The notes under the pieces: generated by a model | Seen by the model: only the letters and a program-made list of their open reading frames with translations | What the model was told of the DNA's origin: nothing | Databases searched by the model: none | Program-made: the position numbers and the translations under genes | Part shown: piece by piece, positions 32,991 through 48,371 of the stretch | How positions within the stretch are numbered: position 1 is the first letter of the stretch | How the letters are laid out: each line of letters starts with the position of its first letter | Assembly (NCBI GenBank): GCA_033442325.1 | Contig: JAWQFM010000002.1 | Span: 626,442-690,441 of the forward strand | Length of the DNA stretch: 64,000 nt | Origin: Salpingoeca rosetta | Taxonomy: Eukaryota; Protista; Choanoflagellata | Reading direction: 5' to 3'

Positions 32991-34339
32991 ACTGCCAGTT
33001 TTATGCGCCGCGCATTGGTGCGGTGTATGTGCGGCAACTCGGCAAAGAAGGCGGTGTGCCTTTCCATGCCATGCTCTACGGCGGAGGCCAGGTTTGTGTT
33101 GCCCCTCACTTCCATGTGCGCGTTGAGAGTGAATGGGAACCTGCCAACGTGTGCAGCTGGTCGTCTCCGGGATGCTACATTCGCATAGCGAATCGCCTGC
33201 ATGTCACGTGTGTATGTGTGCGTGTGTATGTGTGTGTCGACAGGAACGAAACTACCGGCCCGGTACAGAGAACACACCCATGATTGCTGGCTTTGGGGCG
33301 GTCAGTGCCTTGTTTGCTTGAGTATCACATCCCGCGACTTGCTGCTTCCCAACTTCACAGCGTGCATGCCATGTTTTAATTTCGATGACATGCTTTCACA
33401 CGCGCGTTTCTTGCAGGCATGCCAGCTCGTGTGTGACCACTTGCCTGAGTATCTCGATCACATGCAGAGCATGCGGGACCATCTCCATGCCCAGCTCAAG
33501 GTTCAACTTGTGTCAACACATCGCGAAATCACCGCATCATTCATTACAGACACACACACAGACACACACAGACACAGACACACACAGACACACACAGACA
33601 CACAGACACACACACACACAGACACACGCACACACACACACACACACACCCTTTCTCCCTCTCAGGCTGCGTTTGGCACGGATGCCGTGAGGATCAACGG
33701 CCCAGCAGACTCGCTGCACACCGCCGTCCTGCCCAACACCCTCAACTTCTCCATCATGTCTTCAGGTGCTCGTGCACACCACTGTCCGTTTGTCTGTGAT
33801 TTTCGCCCACCCTGCTTCTTAACTCACTCACGCCGTCATTGTGTGCATGTTCACTGAAGACCTGTCTGGGCGGGCCATCCTGAAACAGCTGCCCTCCATA
33901 TGCGCCTCTGTGGGCTCCGCCTGCCACTCAGATTGCGGCGACAGGTGTGTATGCGCACGCTCGTGTATGAATTGTCACCCCCCCCCAGTTGTTGTTCACA
34001 AGCCACACATCTCCCCGATGCTCGTCCATTCATTCATTCAATAAGCTGTGGTGTTTACTTGTGTGTCGCGGTCACCAGACCATCACAGATTCTCATGGCG
34101 TTGGGCATCGACCACGAACAAGGCAAGTGCTATGCCACAGTGCGTGCATGCGTGATGGTTGCATGACTTCAAACGGCACAACAACACAAATGAGTTCACA
34201 CGTACGTATGGCCTTCGGCCGTTGTCCCCGCATGATCGATGCAGCACGCCGCGCCATGCGCTGGTCCGTGGGTCGCGATACCACAGAGGAGCAAATCGAT
34301 GCTGCAGTGGCAAACCTAGCTCGGGTCCTGAAACAATAG
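31425..34339 (+). CDS. SCLY: Selenocysteine lyase (PLP-dependent, class V aminotransferase fold)
   Basis: [32 protein letters not shown] (Asp where NFS1 has EHK), [39 protein letters not shown]. Confidence 0.9.
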
Positions 34340-35117
34340 GAATCACAACCACACATGTGCTCAAAATGAGTAAAAACAATATCAGCTCTCAAAGAGCAGT
34401 GGTGGCATCTTCACATGGAAAACAAACGACAGGTGTACGTGTGTGTGTGTGTGTGTGATCGGAGAGTTGTAGTCAAAAGGTCACATGGTGTTTTGGGTTT
34501 CAACGTTGGAATAAGGTTTCCTCATTTCACACACGTGTTTGGGGGTGGGGTGGGGGGACTTGGGGGCCCGCGAGCAAAACAGAGACCACTCAAACGACGC
34601 ACCTGTTTGTCAGCAGAACTGCGAAAGATGGCCGACCGTAGGGTGACGCAGCTGCACTGCGTCATTCGCGTCGTCGTGGCTCTTGCTGCCATTCTGAATC
34701 ACCTGAAGATAGATAGGATGTGTTGCTGTGAGAAAAGAAAAAGTCTCGGAGTCACAAATGTGAAAGCAGATGCAACACAAAAGGGAAAGAAAAGGGGTAA
34801 GGAGAAGAGGTGATGTCGTCCATGCACGTGTTGAAAAATTCAACACAGAACACAAGTGTTAGCCATGGTGGGGCACGAAGCCCCACAAGGCATATCCACC
34901 AAGCGGTTGCATGTGACAAGTGTTTCTTTAGGCAACCTGAAGTAAGCGACAATCAACCTCGAAACATGAAGATCGCGGGCGTGGTGCCGACCAACAAAAA
35001 GCAGTGAAAAAGAAAGGACGAGGGACGAGTGGAGCAAGAGAGAACAAGGGGGGGGGACAGAAGGAAAAGGGGAGACAAGACAGGTTCACACGCGCTTGTG
35101 CGTGCAGCAACAGTAAT

Positions 35118-35205
35118 TTGGTCATCAGATAGAAATGGTGCGTTCACATCAAGGTATTCAGTAGCAGAACTGGCGTTAACACTTTGAGTTTCGTCACTTG
35201 ACCAA
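35118..35205 (-). ncRNA. Box C/D snoRNA, predicted guide for LSU rRNA A methylation (yeast snR61 Am1133 / human SNORD38 equivalent)
   Basis: 7-bp terminal stem TTGGTCA/TGACCAA, C box GTGACGA, D' CTGA, C' TTGATGT, D CTGA. The 13-nt D' guide CGCCAGTTCTGCT is complementary to the conserved LSU sequence AGCAGAACUGGCG. Confidence 0.85.
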
Positions 35206-35504
35206 GGGGAGAAAAGAAAAGTAGAAAATGAAAGTAGAAAATGGGGCAAGGGGTGGTAGCTTTGGGTGGAGGTTTAGTCTTGTACCTGACAAAGAGTGGA
35301 GTGTTGCCGCAGATTAGGCCTCTGTCATGGCCGTGTGAATAGCATCGTCACGTGCTTGACGTGTGCCATACCTGGTTATCTGAACACGAGAGCACATGCC
35401 GCTGGGTGAGCAAAGGGCACTTCACCATAGTAAACGCAAAGGTGTGATTTTGGAAGAAGAAGAAGAACGACGACACGACAAATGTGATGCCATATCCGCC
35501 GCAA

Positions 35505-35606
35505 CCAAGCCATCAGTTAAGATAAAAAGGAGATAGTTATCCTCAAAGATGAACAAGTTCATCGGTTCGGAGTGGTGCATTAACACTTTAAAATCATATG
35601 GCTTGG
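35505..35606 (-). ncRNA. Box C/D snoRNA, predicted guide for SSU rRNA G methylation (yeast snR40 Gm1271 / human SNORD32A equivalent)
   Basis: 8-bp terminal stem CCAAGCCA/TGGCTTGG, degenerate C box ATGATTT, D' CCGA, D CTGA. The D' guide ATGCACCAC is complementary to SSU GUGGUGCAU, and the +5 rule lands on the G before UGCAU. Confidence 0.72.
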
Positions 35607-35721
35607 CTTGGCGTGTGTTGCATGGAAGCAGACGGAGAGGGATGCGACAGGTACAGAGCACTCAGGAAAACAAAAGAGTGTGACATGCTGTGTTGGCTCA
35701 GGAAAAAGAAGTGGTGAAACA

Positions 35722-35886
35722 ATTGTCAGCACGGGTGTAATACCAACGAAGCGCATCCAAGGCGTTGATGGGTCATCCAACGCCGAATACACGGCGAGGA
35801 CAAGCACCAAGCAAGCACACGAGGACACAAACTCCGTGGTTGTTGTGAAATCAACTCAGTTGATAAAGTTAATCCTCATTGCCAAC
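35722..35886 (-). ncRNA. Possible long box C/D RNA (orphan)
   Basis: ATGAGGA (35879-35873), CTGA (35859-35856), internal hairpin 35761-35784, terminal CTGA (35729-35726). Weak terminal stem and no target recognised. Confidence 0.35.
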
Positions 35887-36346
35887 AGAACACAGCTGTG
35901 GGAAAAAGAAAAGAAGCATGGTGGAAGGGGTATTGGAGTTGAGACACACACCTCGCTGCATGCCTTCTTCATCTTAGGGTGGCCATAACGTCGGGTGTCG
36001 GGGGGGGGGGAAATCAGAGTGCTTTGAGAGCGATGAGGAGAAATAAATGAACATGCCACGCAAGTGCACGTGGGCTGGTTTGCCATCTTCGCCTTCTCTT
36101 CTGGTCTTTGCCTCTTTCGCTTCTTGCTTGCTTTTACAGCAGACAACAAGCAATAGAAAAAAAAAGGGTGAATTTCACGCGAATTTGTTGTGAGGACGTG
36201 GCAGCTGTCAAAGTTGACACTGTGTGCCGCGAAACTTTTGAAATCGAGGAAAGGGAGGACAACCAAGAAGCGAGTCTGAGCAGAGGGCGCTGCGACCACA
36301 AGACAACAAGGGCAGCGAGCGAGACGGCCTGGCCAACACAGGCAAC

Positions 36347-40997
<4,651 letters not shown>

Positions 40998-41617
40998 GTT
41001 TCTTGTTGATGAACAAAAGCGCGCGCACACCACATGCGCACATACACACACCACACGCGCGCACACACACACACACACCACATGCGCACATACACACACC
41101 ACATGCGCACTTACACGCACACACACGCACACCACATGCGCACATACACACACACACACACATACACCCTTCGTGCCCACTGTTACTGACGTGATGTGGT
41201 GTGATCACCGTCGCCAACTGGCTTGCTTGCGGTCATTGGGGAGTTCCGCAGGCAAACGCTTCCCTTCTTTGGACACGCTTACCTCTTGTTGTACATTGTT
41301 CCTCCTTCTTTTGGTTCTTGTTTTCAGACACATAAACGGACTTGAAACGAAACAGCCATGCCAGAGTGAGGGGGAGTATTTGTGTCTGCGCGATGGAGAG
41401 GGAGATTGCTGAAGCGAGGGCGCAGCGCAGCGGCACACTGAGCACACTGAGCACACAAGTCGCGCAGCACGAAGGACTTGCTTGGTGTTTTGTTGCTTCA
41501 AGTCTTGGCGATTGAAGGAAGATACAATCAATTTTCGGCAAACTTTGAGGGGACAACAACAACAAACAACAACCGCGCCACCACCACCAAACAACTGAGC
41601 AAGCAAGCAACTCAAGC

Positions 41618-44013
41618 ATGAATGTGGTGCAGCAGCTGTTCTCGGCAGTGGAGGAAGGGAACGCAGAGAAGGTGGCGTTCCTTGTCAAGAAACACAGGTG
41701 TGTGTGTGTGTGTGTCGCTGTGTGTGCATATGAATGTGCGTGTGCGTGTGAATGGTGTCGAGCAGCTGTTGCGATCGCTAGTTTGAGCAATCACGCTTGC
41801 ACAAGCACACACGCAACACAAAACGAACACAACAACACCACAAGCACACGCACGTAGGCAGTGCAGTTGATCGAGTTCTTGTTGAGCGCGTTCATCATTG
41901 TTTCTGCCTTGTACATGTACAGGTGTGTGGATGCCAGGGATGCAGTCGGGGCAACGGCACTGCACCACGCTGTCTCAAATGGCAAGCTGCGTGTTGTACA
42001 AGCCCTGCTCCAGGCGGGAGCAAACGTGAACGCTTCCGCAGACAACCCTCAAGTCAGTTTCAAGACAGGTGCCACACCACTTCACTACGCAGGTCTGTGA
42101 CTGTGATGTTTGTTTCTTTTTTCTCGCAGCAGAGGGCGCAGGCCCGTATGCGGCACGTGTCAAAACTGCACCACGACAGGTCCTGCTTCTGCTCTGGTCA
42201 TCACAGACAGTGGCTCACCCAATGAGCATGTGCACATGTGTGTGTGTGTGTTTACATGTGTGTGTGTGTGTGCTTCGTGCCGTTGCGGATCGGTGGCAGC
42301 GCGTGCTGGTCGCGTGCCGTGTGTTCGTGCGCTGTGCCGTTTTGGAGCGGATGTCAACGCCAAGGACGACAAGGGTGTCACTCCTCTTCTCATGGCAGCA
42401 AGAGGTGCGAATGATGGCCGGGGGGGGGGGGAGGTGGGGCCGGGGAGGAAGGTTTGTGCTTATGATCTGCGCTTACGCATGGAATGTGTGAGAGAGAGAA
42501 AGTTGTGTGTGTGTGAGTGTGTGAGTATGTGTGTGTGTGTGTGCATTCAGTGAGTATGTATTGTGTGTACTTTCTGCGCCATGCATTTTCATCAAGGTTG
42601 CGTGTCTGAGTAAGCGTGCATCTTCTTGTTCTCCACCGATCCATTCAGACTAACCCATGCTCGTGTCTTTCCACACATACTCCCTGGCCCCTGTTCTTTT
42701 GTAGGCGGGCACTCTGATGCTGTCATTGCTTTGCTGGACTTCAAAGCGAAGATGCTACCTGACGACACGGGTATCACGCCACTTCACTCGGCCTGCGGGC
42801 GCGGCAGTGGTCCCACCATCCACGCCCTCATGAATGCCGGCGCAGACCCCTCTGCCAAAGACAAGTGCGTGTTTGAACGAGATAAAGGGGCGAGGGGGCA
42901 CGTGTGTGTATCAGTCTGTACGTGTGTGCGAGGGTGTGAGTGACATGAGTGTGTGTGCGTGTGTATGAGTCTGCACGCGCGCGTGTGTGTGTGTGTGCGT
43001 GTGCGTGCGCGTGGTGGTGTTTGTCGCTGCTGGTGACCCTCCCCTCCTGACCTCTACTCCCAATCCCTGACCTATGCCATGCATCCACCATCTCGCTTCT
43101 TCCTCCGTCTGTCTCCTCTGTCTCTCTTGCGCCCTGCGAGCGTGCAGATACGGCTATTCTCCGCTCTTCTGGGCTGCGAGGAACGGGCGCAAGACCGCCG
43201 TCCGAACCCTCGCAGATCACGGCGTCACCCTCGACTTTGACCAAGATGGCCAGTACGTCTGCGTGCGTGTGTGTGTGTGTGTTTGTGTGCGTGTGTGTGC
43301 ATGTGTGTGTTTTTGTGTTTGTGTTTGTGTGAAAGACATCAGGTCTTCTCCACCATCACGTGCGCGGGTGCATGCCTTTTCACTTGTCTCTCCTTTGCAC
43401 ATTCTTGATTGGCCCGCTGGCTTTCTGCCACTGTTGATTGTACTTTCACCACCGTGTGCCCCACGATCTAATCACGACTCCCGCTCTACCTGACACGGTA
43501 TTTCACGCGCGTATGCAGCACGGCGCTTGACATTGCACTGCGTTTCCGCCACGCCGAGTGCGCGAACCTGATCCGAAAACTGTACCCAGATGCGCAGGAG
43601 TGCAGTGCGCCGTGGAGTGGTGGTGACAGCGACACACACGTGCCTGCAGGCACTTCACGAGGCGCCAGCCGTCGCACATCGTCGTCAAGTCTCGGGCGCA
43701 GCAGCTCCGATGCCACCGCCACAGCAACCACGCTCCCCTCGTTCCTCACAGAGGAGGAGGAGGAGCAGGGGTACATGGATGTGACGCAGCCAAAGCGACA
43801 ACAGGCCGTCAGTGGTGCTCCTTCTGCAAGTGCCACCAGCAATGAGGTACAGCGCGCCTCTGCACCAGGTGCGAGCGACCAAGCCAGCCTGCCACGCTTT
43901 GGTGAAGAGAGCGCAGATGCCGGCAACGACGCGTACATCGACGTTGAGGAGGTTTCATTCGGCTTTTCAGGTGTGTGTGTGTGTGCGTGCGTGCGTGCTC
44001 GTTTTGTTTTGTT

Positions 44014-44088
<75 letters not shown>

Positions 44089-44117
44089 GTGCGTGTGTGT
44101 GCGTGCTCGTTTTGTTT

Positions 44118-44162
<45 letters not shown>

Positions 44163-45084
44163 TTGTGGAAGACCCTCCCTTTCACTCTCCATGCTTGTGA
44201 AATAAGCGCGTGCGTACGCGTTGTGCCTGCAATCTCGCCCCCCCCCCCCTCAGCTTGACGCTGATGGTTGTGTTGGTTACGTGTGTTGTGCGGGATTGGC
44301 TGCAGGCAAGCAATATGTGGTTCCTGCACCTGCGCCGAAGAGCAAGAGTGGTGATACAGCATCGGCAGGTCACGGTGGAGGCGGCGGCGATATGGTCGAC
44401 GCGTACATTGATGTTGCTGATGAGGACCAGGGAGGGGAGGCGGAGACGGTGGCAGGGGCTGCAAAGCAGGGAAAGGGCAAGGGCCTCTCGCGGGCGAGTC
44501 GCCGACAGTCGAAGAAGGAGCAGAGGCGCCAAGAGAAAGAGCGCAAGAAGCAGGAGAAACTGCAGCGAAAGGCGTCCAAGAAGGAGGCACGAAGGCAAGA
44601 GAAGCAGCAAAAGGCAGACAAGCAGCGACAACAACAACAGGAGGAGGAGGAGGAGGAGGAGGAGGAGAGTCAGCTTAAGGAGCAGCAACAACAGCCAAAA
44701 GAGCAACAACAGCAGGAGCAGCAAGGAGAGCCGCAGGCGAATTCTCCTTCGTCAGTACAGGAGACCCAGCCGGCGCTGGCCACCGGTACGGGTGCTGATG
44801 CTGGCGATGTGCTGCCACGTTTTGGAAGTCATGGCCAGGATGGCGAGCAGACAGAAGAAGATGGCGGCTACATTCAGGTCGAAGATCCACCGCCAGCCAC
44901 ACAAGCAGGAAAAAGCAAGCATGGTGGGCCCCAGACACATGTACCCTCTCCACAACAACAACAGCAGCAGCAGCAGCAGCAGCAACGACAAGAGTCTGTG
45001 CTGCCGCGCTTCAACGACGCAAGCGATGATGGGGAGGAAGTGGCCTTTGGCTTTGATGGCTCCTACCTCGCCATTGGCGACTGA
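41618..45084 (+). CDS. Ankyrin-repeat protein with a disordered C-terminal tail carrying repeated tyrosine motifs
   Basis: Ankyrin repeats [49 protein letters not shown] over about 7 exons. Tail motifs GYMDV, AYIDV (twice), GYIQV, SYLAI. Confidence 0.85.
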
Positions 45085-45603
45085 ATTCAGTCGCTAGGCA
45101 GGACTGCTGAACGTTTGTTTGTATTTGTGTGTGCACAGTTATGTTACGCGCATATGCTTGTGCTTGTGTGTTCGTCCTTCATCCCTATTGCTTGCTTCTT
45201 GCTTGCTTGTTCTTTTATGGCTTTGTGCCCCCAGCCACCTCCCGTCAAACGTTACACGACGCAGCAATGATTGTGTCTGATGTGGACAACTAGTGTGTTG
45301 AGTTACACACACGCGCATGCCAGCGGTTTTGTTTTGGACTGTTACACGCCGTGCTTTTTTTTTTTTTCTGAGTTGTTTCTTGAGAATCCCTTTCCCTCTT
45401 TCCTCCCCCTGTATCTCCTTTGTGTCCCCCGTTCCTCGCACTGCTCAGCCCTGCTGTTGCCCTTGCCATTGTCATCATGTCGCACCTTTCATTTTCACAG
45501 CTCGATCACCTGACCCTGTCTGTTGATCATACCCTCTACTCAAAGCTCATGCTCAAGATACACGAGCCAGCATAACCCCCACACGAGAGCAACACTGACG
45601 GAG

Positions 45604-47677
45604 ATGGAACAGCACAAGAGCGACGACAAGACGATGGCGCATTGCCACAGCGAAGGTCGCAGCGACGTGAGCGACGAGCGCATGCAGGATGCGCAGCAGC
45701 AGGAGCAGCAGCAAGCCGCCATCGAGGCGCAATTGGCAGCCATGAAGCAGATGCTGTCCCGGCTCATGGGCGTGCAAGCCAAAGCCGAGGAGAAACTCGC
45801 CAATCTGCAGACTGCAGCGACGGCAGCAACACAAGCAGACAGACCAGAAGCAGACACAACAACAGCAACAGCAGCAACAACAGCAGACACAATGACGACA
45901 GCAACAACAACAACACCAACAGCAGCAGCAGACGAGTGCAGCGCCACATCGACGCGGTCCGCGACGCCTGAGGTCGGCGATCGGGATGAGGACGCACACG
46001 TCAAGCGAGCGGAGGCTGACGAGGCGGAGGAAGCGGGAGAAGGTGGCATGGTTGTGAGGGAGGCAGAGGCAGAAAGCAACGACACGGTTCTTGCTGAAGA
46101 AGAAGAGCAGAGGGAGACGGGCGCCCATGTGCAGAGCGGGGAGGAAGCTGACCTGACGCAGGGAGAAGCGCAGGAGAACGAGAAATCCACAGAGGAAAGG
46201 AATGAGAAGCAGGAGAAGGACGATGAGGAGGAGAAGCTAGGTGTGTGCCCCGTGTTCACCAACGCACTGGTGTGCCTCAACCGGGCGTGGACCCCTCGAC
46301 AGGATCGTGTCGTTGATTTCGCTGTGAACTTCCTGGGGAAGGACAGCGTAACTTTGCTCATTGCAGTGCGCAACGTCGCACCCAAGAAGCACGTGTTTGT
46401 GCGGTACACAGACGACGCCTGGGCCACATACAGCGATGCGAAAGCAACACAAGTTGGCATTCGCAAGAGCACCACCTCAGACGCAGCTGAACTCCAGTAC
46501 ATGACCTTCTCGGTGAGCCAATCGTGCACGTGCGCGCGTGTCTGCATTGTGTGCGTGTGTGTGTGTGTCTGCGTGACGTTATGTCTGTGTGTGTGCGTGT
46601 GTGTGTGTGCGTGTGTGTGTGTGTGTGCGTGTGTGTGCGTGTGTGCGTGTTTGCGCATTGTATTGTAGTTGTGGCCCTGGCGTGCTCACTCACGTCCTGT
46701 CCCACCTTCCTCGACACACCCACCAACACCCATCAACACTTGCGATGTGGACAGGCTGATGTGGTCTTTGCACCGCACGTGCATGAGGTGGAGCTGTGCA
46801 TCTGTTACCGCGCTGGCGAGCAGACGCACTGGAACAACAACGACGAGATGAACTACAAGCTGTCGATCATTGGTGTCGACGCCAGTGCGCAGAGCATGTT
46901 GCTGGAGAGCGTGAACGGCCACAAGGGCGAGTGCGAGCACTGCACCACAGTTGTTTCGAAGAACGGCGAATGCCCCGTCTGCCTAACCCCAGACACCCTC
47001 CTCTACCCAAGTGTGCATTCCTGGGCCTCTGAGCACGTAAGTTGTCATGTCAACGGCAACTGCATGTATGCGCGCGTGCTCTGCTTCGACTCGTATTTCT
47101 TGACATCGCATTCCTGCTTGTGTGAACGCACGCATGTACACACGTGCACACGTGCACACGTACACTCACACACACACACACACAATACACACACACACAC
47201 ACAATACACACACACACAATACACACACACACACACACAATACACACACAATACACCCACACACGCACACAATACACACAGTGGGTTACGCAGGGTTGTG
47301 GGCACAGCGCGTGCCGCGAGTGTTTGGCCAATTGGTATCGGGTGCAAGTGCTGGACGGCGCACGTGTCATCCGCTGCATCGCACCAGATTGCGACCTGCA
47401 GGTCAAGCCGCCAGATGTGCACGTGGTGGACGTTCTCCTTGGCGCCTTGTTTGTTATGAACCAGCGTACCTCCCACGAGGGTCACTTCAAGGACATGATG
47501 CAAGACAGCGAGCTTGCGTGCTGGCTCAACGACAACGCGCGCAAGTGCCCGTCCTGTGCTGTTGCGGTGGAGCGTGAGACGGGCTGCAATGAGATGCTCT
47601 GCCACTGTGGTGCTCGCTTCTGCTACGAATGTGGCGAAAGTCTCGAAGGCGGCACGTGCTTGTGTTCAGAATACTAA
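45604..47677 (+). CDS. CBM21 glycogen-binding domain plus RING1 and Rcat (RBR-type) putative E3 ubiquitin ligase; ~528 aa, 3 exons
   Basis: Exons 45604-46512, 46755-47036, 47282-47677, all phase 0 GT-AG. CBM21: VCL..IAVRNVAPKKHVFVRYTDDAW..LCICYRAGEQTHWNNNDEMNY. RING1: CPVC..CGH..CREC..CIAPDC. Rcat: CPSC..VERETGCNEMLCHCGARFCYEC. Confidence 0.82.
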
Positions 47678-47678
47678 C

Positions 47679-47713
<35 letters not shown>

Positions 47714-48371
47714 TGTGTGTGTGTGTGAGTGAGTGAGTGAGTGTGTGTGTGTGTATGTATGATATGTGTGTGTGTGTGTATGATATGTGTGTGTGTGCGC
47801 GTGTGCGTGCATTTGCTCTCCCCTCATTGATTTGATTCCTTCACACACGTCATTTCTGACCTCGCCCATGAATGAATGAGCGAGCTGCATAATAAACAAA
47901 ACCAAACGCTACCCGCGTGTAATCGGCGGGAGTTGTGTGTAAGTCCGTGTACTGTCTTGATGGAAACAAGAAAGCAGGCAAGCGAGCGAGGGAGCAACGG
48001 GAGAGATGCATATCTCTCACCACAAAATCACGCATGCGCAGGCCATTGCCCAACTCAGCACGGAGACTGTCAGCAGCAGTATCACAACACAACACAGCAT
48101 CAACACGACACGACACAACAAAACACAACACAACACAACACAACAAGTCAACCAAACAAACGACACCACAAACGCACTGGCTGCCATTCGCGTTCACATA
48201 ACACGACATGGAAGGTTACGGGACGGAAGGAGGCGGCAGGCAAAGCAGATACACACACCCAAAGCGGAAGCACAACCAACACGCCAAACAGCCATGATCA
48301 ACAGCCGTCACCGTGCATGCATGGTCACACCTCTCTCCCGCCCGCGTCTTCCTGTTGAATCACCGTTGCGT

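Noticed and set aside
34730-34990. Hairpins (GTGGGGC/GCCCCAC, GTGTTGAA/TTCAACAC) as H/ACA, RNase P/MRP or Sm-class RNA
   Set aside because: Box spacing and P4 pairing could not be satisfied by eye; an Infernal search is needed.
35275-35355. Extra C/D snoRNA with GTGACGA and ACGGCCATG (complementary to SSU CAUGGCCGU)
   Set aside because: No canonical D box or terminal stem, and the predicted site is not one I know to be methylated.
46303-46323. RVVDF as a PP1-docking RVxF motif in the CBM21 protein
   Set aside because: It fits the loose consensus but lies inside the predicted CBM21 fold rather than in the upstream disordered region as in PPP1R3 proteins.
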